Source of the DNA: Delftia acidovorans NBRC 14950
GTDB lineage: Bacteria > Pseudomonadota > Gammaproteobacteria > Burkholderiales > Burkholderiaceae_C
Assembly: GCF_001598795.1 (NCBI RefSeq)
Contig: NZ_BCZP01000007.1
Span: forward strand, 240,001-272,000
Direction of reading: 5' to 3'
Length of the DNA stretch: 32,000 nt
Under the pieces are notes generated by a model. It made no database searches, was not told where the DNA came from, and saw only the letters and a program-made list of their open reading frames with translations. The first letter of the stretch is position 1, and each line of letters starts with the position of its first letter. The position numbers were made by a program, and so were the translations under genes. This document shows, piece by piece, positions 23,080 to 32,000 of the stretch.

Positions 23080-25527
23080 TCAGGCGCGCAGGCGCGCGCC
23101 CAGGCGTTGCTGCAGTTGCTCGAGCACGGCCTGCACGGCCTGTTCGATCTGCACGTCGGTCAGCGAGCTGTCGTCATTGCCCAGCGTCAGGCGCACGGCC
23201 AGGCTCTTTTCGTCCTGCGCCAGCGCGCCCGGTGCCGCTGTCTCGCCGGCCTTGAGCGCCTTGGGGCGGAATACATCGAACAGAACGGCAGAGCGCAGCA
23301 GGCCGCCTGTCTGGGCAGCTTCCACCGCCTGCATCAGCTGGGCATGCGTGGCCTTTTCGTTCACGACCACGGCAATGTCGCGCTCCACGGCCTGGTGCTT
23401 GGCCACGGGCTTGAACACCGGCACCTCGCGCGCCAGCACGGCATCGAGCTCCAGCTCGAACAGCACAGGCGCCTGTGCCAGATCCCATTGCTGGCGCCAC
23501 TGGGGATGCAGCTCGCCGATGAAGCCGATGGACTGACCATCGAGCAGCACGCGCGCGCAGCGGCCCGGGTGCATGGCCGGATGCTCGGCCGGCTCGAACA
23601 CGGGCTTGCGCGGCGCCAGCAGCGCCTCGACATCGCCCTTGACGTCGTAGAAGTCCACCTTGGTTTCGGCACGGCCCCATTGCAGCTGCTCTCCAGCACC
23701 CCAGGCCAGGCCCGCCACGCGCATGGGCTGGTAGAAGCCCTTGACCGTGGTGTCGCTGTCAACAACGCTGTCATCCTTGAGGAAGACACGGCCCAGCTCG
23801 AACACGCGCACGCGCTCGGCCTTGCGGTCGGCATTGAACTTGAGCACCTGCATGAGCGAGCCGATGAGGCTGGAGCGCATCACGCTGAGCTGGCTTGCGA
23901 TGGGGTTGAGCAGCTGGATGGGATTGGCGTTGCCGGCCAGATCCTTCTCCCATGCGGCTTCCACAAAGCTGAAGTTGATGGTTTCCTGGTAGCCCAGATC
24001 GGCCAGCGCGCGGCGCACGGCGAACTGGCTGCGGCGGTTTTCGGCGCGCAGCTTGGGCGCAATGGGCGCCAGCGGCTTGGTCGTGGGCAGGTTCTCGTAA
24101 CCCACCATGCGTGCCACTTCCTCGATCAGGTCTTCCTCGATGTTGATGTCGAAGCGGAAGCTGGGCGGCGTGACGGTGAGCACGCCGTCGCCCTGCTCCA
24201 CCGGCAGGCCCAGGCCGGCCAGCGCATCGTGGCACTGCTGCTGCGTGAGCGGCATGCCGATGACCTTGGCCGCACGCGCCACGCGCAGCGTGACGGGCTT
24301 GGGCTGGGGCATGTTGGCCTGCTGGTCGTCGATGGGGCCGCAGACGGTCTCGGGCGTGCCGCAGATCTGCAGCACCAGCTCGGTGATGCGCTCGATGTGC
24401 TCGACCGTCAGTTCGGGATCGACACCCCGCTCGAAGCGGTGGCCCGCATCGGTGGAGAAGTTGTAGCGGCGCGAACGGCCGGCAATCGACTTGGGCCACC
24501 AGAATGCGGCCTCGATGTAGATGTGGCGCGTGTCGTCGGACACGGCCGTGGCGTCGCCGCCCATGATGCCGGCCAGCGACTCGACTTCGCGGTCATCGGC
24601 GATCACGCCCACCTGTCCATCCACGGTGACGGTGTTGCCGTTGAGCAGCTTGAGCTGCTCGCCTTCCTTGCCCCAGCGCACCTGCAGGCCGCCGTGGATC
24701 TTGTCCAGGTCGAAGATGTGCGAAGGACGGCCCAGCTCGAACATCACATAGTTGGAGATGTCCACCAGCGGCGCCACGCTGCGCTGGCCGCAGCGCGCCA
24801 GGCGATCGACCATCCACTGCGGCGTCTTCGCCTGGGTGTTGACATTGCGCACCACACGGCCCGAGAAGCGGCCGCACAGGTCGGGCGCCTCGATCTTCAC
24901 GGCCAGCTTGTCCTGCACGCCCACGGCGGCAGGCGTAAACGACTGGGGCTTGAGCGGCGCGCCGGTCAGCGCAGCCACTTCGCGCGCCACGCCGTAGACG
25001 CTCAGGCAATGCGCCAGATTGGGCGTGAGCTTGAGCGTGAGCAGCGTGTCATCCAGGTTCAGGTACTCACGGATGTTCTGGCCCAGGGGCGCGTCCAGCG
25101 GCAGCTCCATCAGGCCGCCATGGTCCTCGGACAGCTTGAGCTCGCGTGCCGAGCACAGCATGCCGAAGCTCTCCACACCGCGCAGCTTGCCGATCTTGAT
25201 CAGGAAAGGCTTGCCATCTTCACCGGGCGGCAGCTCGGCGCCCACCGTGGCGCAGGGCACGCGGATGCCCACGCGCGCGTTGGGCGCGCCGCAGACGATG
25301 GTCAGCAGCTCGGGTCCGCCCACATCAACCTGGCACACGCGCAGGCGATCGGCATTGGGATGCTGCTCGGCAGCCTTGATCTCACCGACGACGATCTTGG
25401 TGAACGGCGGCGCCACGGGCTCCAGCTCCTCCACCTCCAGGCCGGCCATGGTCAGGGTGTCGGCCAGTTCTTGGGTGGTCAGCGGCGGATTGCAGAACTC
25501 GCGCAGCCAGGATTCGGGAAATTGCAT
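23080..25527 (-). CDS. pheT: Phenylalanine--tRNA ligase beta subunit
   Basis: 815 aa. It starts MQFPESWLREFCNPPLTTQELADTLTMAGLEVEE, has a tRNA-binding domain (HPNADRLRVCQVDVG), B3/4 and B5 domains, and a C-terminal FDX-ACB domain. Confidence 0.95.
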   Translation of the reverse strand: MQFPESWLREFCNPPLTTQELADTLTMAGLEVEELEPVAPPFTKIVVGEIKAAEQHPNADRLRVCQVDVGGPELLTIVCGAPNARVGIRVPCATVGAELPPGEDGKPFLIKIGKLRGVESFGMLCSARELKLSEDHGGLMELPLDAPLGQNIREYLNLDDTLLTLKLTPNLAHCLSVYGVAREVAALTGAPLKPQSFTPAAVGVQDKLAVKIEAPDLCGRFSGRVVRNVNTQAKTPQWMVDRLARCGQRSVAPLVDISNYVMFELGRPSHIFDLDKIHGGLQVRWGKEGEQLKLLNGNTVTVDGQVGVIADDREVESLAGIMGGDATAVSDDTRHIYIEAAFWWPKSIAGRSRRYNFSTDAGHRFERGVDPELTVEHIERITELVLQICGTPETVCGPIDDQQANMPQPKPVTLRVARAAKVIGMPLTQQQCHDALAGLGLPVEQGDGVLTVTPPSFRFDINIEEDLIEEVARMVGYENLPTTKPLAPIAPKLRAENRRSQFAVRRALADLGYQETINFSFVEAAWEKDLAGNANPIQLLNPIASQLSVMRSSLIGSLMQVLKFNADRKAERVRVFELGRVFLKDDSVVDSDTTVKGFYQPMRVAGLAWGAGEQLQWGRAETKVDFYDVKGDVEALLAPRKPVFEPAEHPAMHPGRCARVLLDGQSIGFIGELHPQWRQQWDLAQAPVLFELELDAVLAREVPVFKPVAKHQAVERDIAVVVNEKATHAQLMQAVEAAQTGGLLRSAVLFDVFRPKALKAGETAAPGALAQDEKSLAVRLTLGNDDSSLTDVQIEQAVQAVLEQLQQRLGARLRA

Positions 25528-25602
25528 ATCAGACTCTTTGGCGTTGGTTCGGTCCGCGCGCCGTGGCGCTGGCGGACTCTTTGGCGAAGGCTTGCAGCCG
25601 GA

Positions 25603-26655
25603 TCAACGGAATTGCGACAGGAAGCGGATATCGCCGTCAAAAAACAGTCGCAGATCGTTGACGCCATAGCGCAGCATGGTTAGGCGGTCAGGCCCCATGC
25701 CAAAGGCAAAGCCGATGTACTTTTCGGGGTCCAGCCCCATGTTGCGCACCACGTTGGGGTGCACCTGGCCGGAGCCGGCCACTTCCAGCCAGCGGCCGGC
25801 CAACGGGCCGCTCTGGAACTGGATGTCGATCTCGGCGCTGGGCTCGGTGAAGGGGAAGAAGCTGGGGCGAAAGCGCAGCACCAGGTCGTCGCTCTCGAAG
25901 AAGGTCTTGCAGAAGTCGGTGAAGACCACCTTCAGGTCCTTGAAGCTGACGTTCTCGCCGATCCACAGGCCTTCGCACTGGTGGAACATGGGCGAGTGCG
26001 TGGCATCGCTGTCCACGCGGTAGGTGCGGCCCGGCGCGATCACGCGGATCTCGGGCATGCCCTGGCCGGCGTCGAGCCGCTCACGGTATTTCTTGACGTG
26101 CTGCACAGCGTGGCGCACCTGCATCGGGCTGGTGTGCGTGCGCAGCAGATTGGGAGCCTGCTCCGTGCCGCCTTCCACGTAGAAGGTGTCGTGCATGGAA
26201 CGGGCGGGATGGTCTTCCGGCGTGTTCAGCGCCGTGAAGTTGAACCAGTCGGACTCGATCTCGGGGCCCTCGGCCACATCGAAGCCCATGGAGCCGAAGA
26301 TGCCCTCGATGCGCTCCAGCGTCAGCGACACGGGGTGCAGGCCGCCCTGGCCACGGCGGCGGCCCGGCAAGGTCACATCCAGCACCTCGGCCTTCAGGTG
26401 GGCCTGCAGTTCGGCATCGGCCAGGGCCTTGCGGCGCGCGGTCAGCGCGGCCTCGATGCCTTGCTTGGCCACGTTGATGGCGGCTCCGCGCGACTTCTTC
26501 TCTTCGACGGAAAGCTGCGCCATGCCCTTCATGAGCTCGGTCACCTTACCCGACTTGCCCAGAAACTGCGCCTTGGCGTTTTCCAGATCAGCGGGGGTTT
26601 GTGCCTGCGCGAACAATTGCTGCGCGCTTTCGACCAGAGAATCCAACTCGTTCAT
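25603..26655 (-). CDS. pheS: Phenylalanine--tRNA ligase alpha subunit
   Basis: 350 aa with class II motifs ([44 protein letters not shown]). Confidence 0.95.
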   Translation of the reverse strand: MNELDSLVESAQQLFAQAQTPADLENAKAQFLGKSGKVTELMKGMAQLSVEEKKSRGAAINVAKQGIEAALTARRKALADAELQAHLKAEVLDVTLPGRRRGQGGLHPVSLTLERIEGIFGSMGFDVAEGPEIESDWFNFTALNTPEDHPARSMHDTFYVEGGTEQAPNLLRTHTSPMQVRHAVQHVKKYRERLDAGQGMPEIRVIAPGRTYRVDSDATHSPMFHQCEGLWIGENVSFKDLKVVFTDFCKTFFESDDLVLRFRPSFFPFTEPSAEIDIQFQSGPLAGRWLEVAGSGQVHPNVVRNMGLDPEKYIGFAFGMGPDRLTMLRYGVNDLRLFFDGDIRFLSQFR

Positions 26656-26675
26656 ATCGACTCTTTATCGACTGT

Positions 26676-26719
26676 GAAAAGAAACAAGGGCTAGCAGCCT
26701 TTTCAAGCCCTAGCCCTTG
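26676..26719 (-). terminator. Hairpin plus U-run between rplT and pheS (terminator or attenuation point)
   Basis: The minus strand has caagggctag-N15-ctagcccttg (10-bp perfect stem, 26685-26719) followed by TTTCTTTTC. It lies about 20 nt upstream of the pheS ATG. Confidence 0.6.
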
Positions 26720-26765
26720 CTGTTTGCGCTGCAGACCATCACGAGGATGGCCGCAGACCGTTATC

Positions 26766-27125
26766 TCAAGCAGCCAGCTTGGCCTTGACTTGATCAACGA
26801 TGCTGCTAAAAGCAGCCTTGTCGTGCACCGCGATATCGGCCAGCATCTTGCGGTCGATCTCGATGGCTGCCTTCTTCAGGCCGTTGGCGAACTGGCTGTA
26901 GGTCAGGCCCAGTTCACGTGCAGCGGCGTTGATACGGGCGATCCACAGACGGCGGAACACGCGCTTCTTGGCACGGCGGTCACGGTAGGCATATTGCCCA
27001 GCCTTCATCACCGCCTGCTTGGCGATGCGGAAGACATTGCCGCGGCGGCCGCGGAAACCCTTGGAAAGGGCCAGAACTTTTTTGTGACGGGCGCGGGCCG
27101 TTACACCACGTTTGACGCGAGGCAT
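26766..27125 (-). CDS. rplT: 50S ribosomal protein L20
   Basis: [51 protein letters not shown] is canonical L20. Confidence 0.95.
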   Translation of the reverse strand: MPRVKRGVTARARHKKVLALSKGFRGRRGNVFRIAKQAVMKAGQYAYRDRRAKKRVFRRLWIARINAAARELGLTYSQFANGLKKAAIEIDRKMLADIAVHDKAAFSSIVDQVKAKLAA

Positions 27126-27151
27126 GTGTTTTCTCCTTGTTCGTCAGTGAA

Positions 27152-27355
27152 TTACAGGCCAGCCATCGGCAGCATTTGTGCGATAGAGCCCATGTTGGTC
27201 TCATGCACAGACACTGCACCACGCAGGTGACGCTTGTTCTTGGTGGTCTTCTTGGTCAAGATGTGACGCTTGAAGGCTTGACCGCGCTTGACGGTGCCAC
27301 CGGGACGAACGCGAAAACGCTTCTTCGCGCTGCTCTTGGTCTTCATTTTGGGCAT
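27152..27355 (-). CDS. rpmI: 50S ribosomal protein L35
   Basis: The ORF was trimmed to the ATG at 27355, preceded by [51 protein letters not shown] is canonical L35 (67 aa). Confidence 0.95.
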   Translation of the reverse strand: MPKMKTKSSAKKRFRVRPGGTVKRGQAFKRHILTKKTTKNKRHLRGAVSVHETNMGSIAQMLPMAGL

Positions 27356-27455
27356 TTGAATGCTCCTGTTGTTTGTGCTCGTGAGGCGGCTCGCAACACT
27401 GCGCGCACTTGCTGGCCCCGAGACACTTCTGTGCCAGCCCGAAGGCCGGCAAGAA

Positions 27456-27482
27456 CAAGGGACATGGAAACCATGTCCCTTG
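27456..27482 (-). other. Perfect 12-bp hairpin in the infC-rpmI spacer
   Basis: caagggacatgg (27456-27467), loop aaa, ccatgtcccttg (27471-27482). On the minus strand it is followed by TTCTTGCC (a weak U-run). The spacer is about 200 nt and holds several further GC hairpins. Confidence 0.45.
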
Positions 27483-27558
27483 CATCGCACGCCCCGCGCA
27501 ATCAACTCGCGCACGGCCTGCAAATTCTGTCGCCCCTCAACGAAGGGCGAAACCGCGA

Positions 27559-28167
27559 TTATGCCTTATCAGCCACCGCAGGTGCAGCAGAAACTTCTGC
27601 CGGCTTGCCGCCAGCTGTGGGCTTCTTGCGCGCAGGGGCGATCATCATCACCATCTGGCGGCCTTCCAGCTTGGGGAACTGCTCCACCTGGATGGAATCC
27701 GCCAGATCGTCACGCAGACGGTTCAGCAGGTCCAGACCAATCTGCTGGTGCGTGATTTCACGGCCGCGGAACCGCAGCGTGATCTTGCACTTGTCACCAT
27801 CGGCCAGGAAACGGCGGATGTTGCGCAGCTTGATGTTGTAGTCGCCGTCGTCGGTACCAGGGCGGAATTTCACTTCCTTGATTTCGATGACGGTCTGCTT
27901 GGCCTTGGCTTCGGCAGCCTTCTTCTGTTCAAGGTACTTGAACTTGCCATAGTCCATCAACCGGCAGACAGGTGGAGTGGCAGTGGCGGCAATTTCCACC
28001 AGGTCCACGTCCAGCTCGCCCGCCATGCGCAGCGCTTCCTGCAGAGGCACGATGCCCAGCGGCTCGTTCTCCGGGCCGGACAGACGCACTTCAGGCGCCA
28101 TGATTTCACGGTTGAGACGATGCTTGCGCTCTTCACGGTGGCGCCGATCACGAAATTCAGTAGCTAT
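27559..28167 (-). CDS. infC: Translation initiation factor IF-3 (probable non-canonical ATA start)
   Basis: [62 protein letters not shown] ... [16 protein letters not shown] is canonical IF3. The ORF-track start is a GTG at 28176 that directly abuts the only SD-like AAGG (28180-28177). An in-frame ATA at 28167-28165 lies 9 nt from that AAGG. Confidence 0.85.
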   Translation of the reverse strand: MATEFRDRRHREERKHRLNREIMAPEVRLSGPENEPLGIVPLQEALRMAGELDVDLVEIAATATPPVCRLMDYGKFKYLEQKKAAEAKAKQTVIEIKEVKFRPGTDDGDYNIKLRNIRRFLADGDKCKITLRFRGREITHQQIGLDLLNRLRDDLADSIQVEQFPKLEGRQMVMMIAPARKKPTAGGKPAEVSAAPAVADKA

Positions 28168-28202
28168 GGTTCTCACCCTTGGATTTAAGTTGCTACAACA
28201 GC

Positions 28203-28237
28203 GTAGCCGCTTGTGTGCAGTACACGCAAGCGGCTAC
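28203..28237 (-). other. 11-bp perfect hairpin in the thrS-infC spacer
   Basis: gtagccgcttg (28203-28213) / caagcggctac (28227-28237) with a 13-nt loop. It has no convincing U-run. Confidence 0.45.
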
Positions 28238-28256
28238 CGCCTTTGGAGATGCTCCA

Positions 28257-30188
28257 TCAGGCCTTCGCCGCGATGTCCTTGGCCACGAGTTCAATGAACG
28301 CATCGACCGACATCACACCGAGGTCCTTGTTGCCCCGTGCGCGCACTGCCACTGCACCAGCGGCCTTCTCCTTGTCGCCAGCAACAAGGATGTAAGGCAG
28401 CTTTTGCAACGAATGCTCCCGTATTTTATACGTAATCTTTTCGTTGCGCAGATCTGTCGCCACCCTAAGGCCTTGATTCGGAAATGCTTTTTGCAGCTTT
28501 TGTGCGACTTCCCGCACATAGTCCGCCTGCGCGTCGGTGATATTGAGCACGGCGGCCTGCACGGGAGCCAGCCAGGTCGGCATGGCGCCAGCGTGCTGCT
28601 CGATGAGAATGCCGATGAAACGCTCCAGGCTGCCGACGATGGCACGGTGCAGCATCACGGGGCGATGGCGGTCGCCATCCTCTCCCACGTACTCCGCATC
28701 CAGGCGCTCGGGCATGGAGAAATCCACCTGGATGGTTCCGCACTGCCACTGGCGGCCGATGGCGTCCTTGAGCGTGTACTCGATCTTGGGGCCGTAGAAC
28801 GCGCCATCGCCGGGCGAGATCACGTACTCGCAGCCCGAAGCCTCCAGGCTGTTGATCAGCGCAGCTTCTGCCTTGTCCCAGCTTTCATCGGAGCCGATGC
28901 GCGCCTCGGGGCGCGTGGCGACCTTGTAGATGATGTCGCTGAAGCCGAAGTCCGCGTAGACCTTTTGCAGCAGCGTGGTGAAGGCCAGCACCTCGGGCTG
29001 GATCTGATCTTCGGTACAGAAGACGTGGCCGTCATCCTGCGTGAAGCCGCGCACGCGCATGATGCCGTGCAGGCCGCCCGTGGGCTCGTTGCGGTGGCAC
29101 TGGCCGAATTCGCCGTAGCGCAGCGGCAGGTCGCGGTAGCTCTTGATGCCCTGCTTGAAGATCAGGATGTGGCCGGGGCAGTTCATCGGCTTGAGCGCGT
29201 AGTCGCGCTTTTCCGACTCGGTCGTGAACATGTTCTCGCGGTACTTGTCCCAGTGACCCGTCTTCTCCCACAGGGTCTTGTCCAGGATCTGCGGACCCTT
29301 GACTTCCTGATAGCCGTTGTCGCGGTACACGCGGCGCATGTACTGCTCGACCTCTTGCCAAAGGGACCAGCCCTTCGGGTGCCAGAACACGGTGCCCGGC
29401 GAATGCTCGTCGATGTGGAACAGATCCAGTTCGCGGCCCAGCTTGCGGTGGTCGCGCTTTTCAGCCTCCTCCAGCATGTGCAGGTACTGCTGCAGGTCGT
29501 CCTTCGATGCCCAGGCCGTGCCGTACACGCGCTGCAGCATCTCGTTGCGATGGTCGCCACGCCAGTAGGCGCCAGCCACCTTCATCAGCTTGAAGAACTT
29601 GAGCTTGCCGGTGCTGGGCACGTGCGGGCCGCGGCACAGATCCTCGAAGCTGCCTTCGCGGTACAGGCTCACATCCTCATTGGAGGGGATGCTGGCGATG
29701 ATCTCGGCCTTGTAGTTCTCACCGATGCCCTTGAAGTACGCAACGGCCTCGTCGCGCGGCAGCACGCGGCGCACCACGGGCTCGTCCTTGGCGGCCAGTT
29801 CGGCCATGCGCTTTTCGATGGCGACCAGGTCCTCGGGCGTGAAGGGGCGCTTGTACGAGAAGTCGTAGTAGAAGCCGTTCTCGATCACGGGACCGATGGT
29901 GACCTGGGCCTCCGGGAACAGTTCCTTGACCGCATAGGCCAGCAAGTGGGCCGTGGAATGGCGGATCACCTCCAGGCCATCGGCGTCCTTGGCCGTCACG
30001 ATGGACAAGGGCATGTCCTTGTCGATGACGAAGCTGGTGTCCACCACCTTGGCGTCCTCGCCAGCCCCCACCTTGCCGGCCAGTGCCGCTTTGGCAAGGC
30101 CCGTGCCTATGGATGCAGCCACTTCGGCCACGGTGACCGGGCCGGGGTACTCACGTTGCGAACCATCGGGAAGCGTAATGTGGATCAT
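28257..30188 (-). CDS. thrS: Threonine--tRNA ligase
   Basis: 643 aa. [28 protein letters not shown] is the TGS domain. It also has an editing domain (HSTAHLLA), class II core motifs, and a C-terminal anticodon-binding domain. Confidence 0.95.
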   Translation of the reverse strand: MIHITLPDGSQREYPGPVTVAEVAASIGTGLAKAALAGKVGAGEDAKVVDTSFVIDKDMPLSIVTAKDADGLEVIRHSTAHLLAYAVKELFPEAQVTIGPVIENGFYYDFSYKRPFTPEDLVAIEKRMAELAAKDEPVVRRVLPRDEAVAYFKGIGENYKAEIIASIPSNEDVSLYREGSFEDLCRGPHVPSTGKLKFFKLMKVAGAYWRGDHRNEMLQRVYGTAWASKDDLQQYLHMLEEAEKRDHRKLGRELDLFHIDEHSPGTVFWHPKGWSLWQEVEQYMRRVYRDNGYQEVKGPQILDKTLWEKTGHWDKYRENMFTTESEKRDYALKPMNCPGHILIFKQGIKSYRDLPLRYGEFGQCHRNEPTGGLHGIMRVRGFTQDDGHVFCTEDQIQPEVLAFTTLLQKVYADFGFSDIIYKVATRPEARIGSDESWDKAEAALINSLEASGCEYVISPGDGAFYGPKIEYTLKDAIGRQWQCGTIQVDFSMPERLDAEYVGEDGDRHRPVMLHRAIVGSLERFIGILIEQHAGAMPTWLAPVQAAVLNITDAQADYVREVAQKLQKAFPNQGLRVATDLRNEKITYKIREHSLQKLPYILVAGDKEKAAGAVAVRARGNKDLGVMSVDAFIELVAKDIAAKA

Positions 30189-30227
30189 GGGATTCCTAAA
30201 ATATTTCTCAGGGGGCGCGCATCCCCC

Positions 30228-30352
30228 AAAAGCAAAAAGCGCGGAGCCAGGTCCGCGCTTTCTTGGGGTCGAGTGAATCTCGTGCAGGCGCGAACCGCCA
30301 GCCGCTAGCGGCCGGTGTACATCTCCGATGTAGTTCGCGGTGTCATAACCAT
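30228..30352 (-). promoter_or_regulatory. Candidate thrS leader: 15-codon mini-ORF plus alternative hairpins and a terminator-like stem-loop
   Basis: On the minus strand, GAGAAAGG-N5-ATG (30352) opens the mini-[18 protein letters not shown], which stops at 30307-30305. The terminator-like hairpin is aagcgcgga/tccgcgctt (30237-30260), followed by TTTTTGCTTTT about 35 nt before the thrS ATG. See the finding for the mutually exclusive pairings. Confidence 0.4.
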
Positions 30353-30413
30353 GATGCCTTTCTCGCCCTTGTCAGTTGTTGTCAATTGAAAACTTCCGCC
30401 ATTTTAACCCCAG

Positions 30414-30451
30414 CAAAGAAAAAGCGCCCGAAGCACAAGGCCCCGGACGCT
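30414..30451 (-). terminator. Rho-independent terminator after aceA
   Basis: On the minus strand, agcguccg ... cgggcgcu forms an 8-bp stem with one G:U pair (30423-30451), followed by TTTTTCTTT. It lies 46 nt after the aceA stop. Confidence 0.6.
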
Positions 30452-30496
30452 TTCTCACCCCTATCTACCTGAAGTTGCACTCACCGAAGCCGCGCT

Positions 30497-31828
<1,332 letters not shown>

Positions 31829-31893
31829 GTTGCTCTCCTGGGAGGTGGTTGAAACAAGCGGCCTTCTTGCGTCGGCCTTGGGATCAAATTTAA

Positions 31894-31907
31894 GTCTTAT
31901 AGAAGAC
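31894..31907. promoter_or_regulatory. 14-bp palindrome GTCTTATAGAAGAC upstream of aceA (candidate operator, site 1)
   Basis: Inverted half-sites GTCTT/AAGAC separated by 4 bp, 66 nt upstream of the aceA ATG in an AT-rich region. Confidence 0.4.
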
Positions 31908-31923
31908 CTCATCAACATCTTGT

Positions 31924-31937
31924 GTCTTATACAAGAC
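31924..31937. promoter_or_regulatory. 14-bp palindrome GTCTTATACAAGAC upstream of aceA (candidate operator, site 2)
   Basis: It matches site 1 at 13 of 14 positions, with centres exactly 30 bp apart (about three helical turns). Confidence 0.4.
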
Positions 31938-32000
31938 TAAATTTTTCATCATATAAATCAACGAGTTATTTTCATATTTTTCAATATGAAATCACATTTC

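Noticed and set aside
26720-26765. Possible pheM-like leader peptide upstream of pheS. E. coli uses a Phe-rich leader.
   Set aside because: The only mini-ORF before the hairpin (minus strand) is ATG GTC TGC AGC GCA AAC AGC AAG GGC TAG, encoding MVCSANSKG. It has no Phe codons, so I report only a terminator-like hairpin.

Overview
This is a high-GC (roughly two-thirds G+C by eye) chromosomal window. Its composition and the conserved block thrS-infC-rpmI-rplT-pheS-pheT-ihfA-merR-tRNA-Pro suggest a Comamonadaceae-type betaproteobacterium; this is an inference, not verified. In order, the window holds: (1) a minus-strand sulfate uptake operon sbp/cysP-cysT-cysW-cysA, with cysA truncated at the window start. 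(2) A YdeN-type serine hydrolase, then a LysR regulator divergent from an azoR azoreductase, and a small proline/glutamine-rich membrane-anchored ORF. (3) A minus-strand metN-metI-metQ methionine importer followed by an FMN reductase. (4) A plus-strand six-gene operon: the biotin ECF transporter bioM-bioN-bioY, translationally coupled to an acyl-CoA ligase, a thiolase-like protein lacking the canonical acid/base cysteines, and a nitroreductase-fold flavoprotein. (5) An orphan metQ paralogue and a small OB-fold, SSB-like ORF. (6) Two sequence-identical tRNA-Pro(GGG) genes 4380 bp apart that bracket a YdiJ-like FAD/Fe-S dehydrogenase and its divergent LysR regulator. (7) The housekeeping block merR-ihfA-pheT-pheS-rplT-rpmI-infC-thrS. 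(8) Isocitrate lyase aceA, with an AT-rich palindrome-bearing control region at the window end. I saw no CRISPR array, transposase, integrase, toxin-antitoxin pair or recognisable defence gene. The best candidates for something undescribed are the extended bioMNY-ligase-thiolase-nitroreductase operon and a leader-peptide attenuator candidate upstream of thrS. All product calls rest on reading motifs in the supplied translations; no database search was run.
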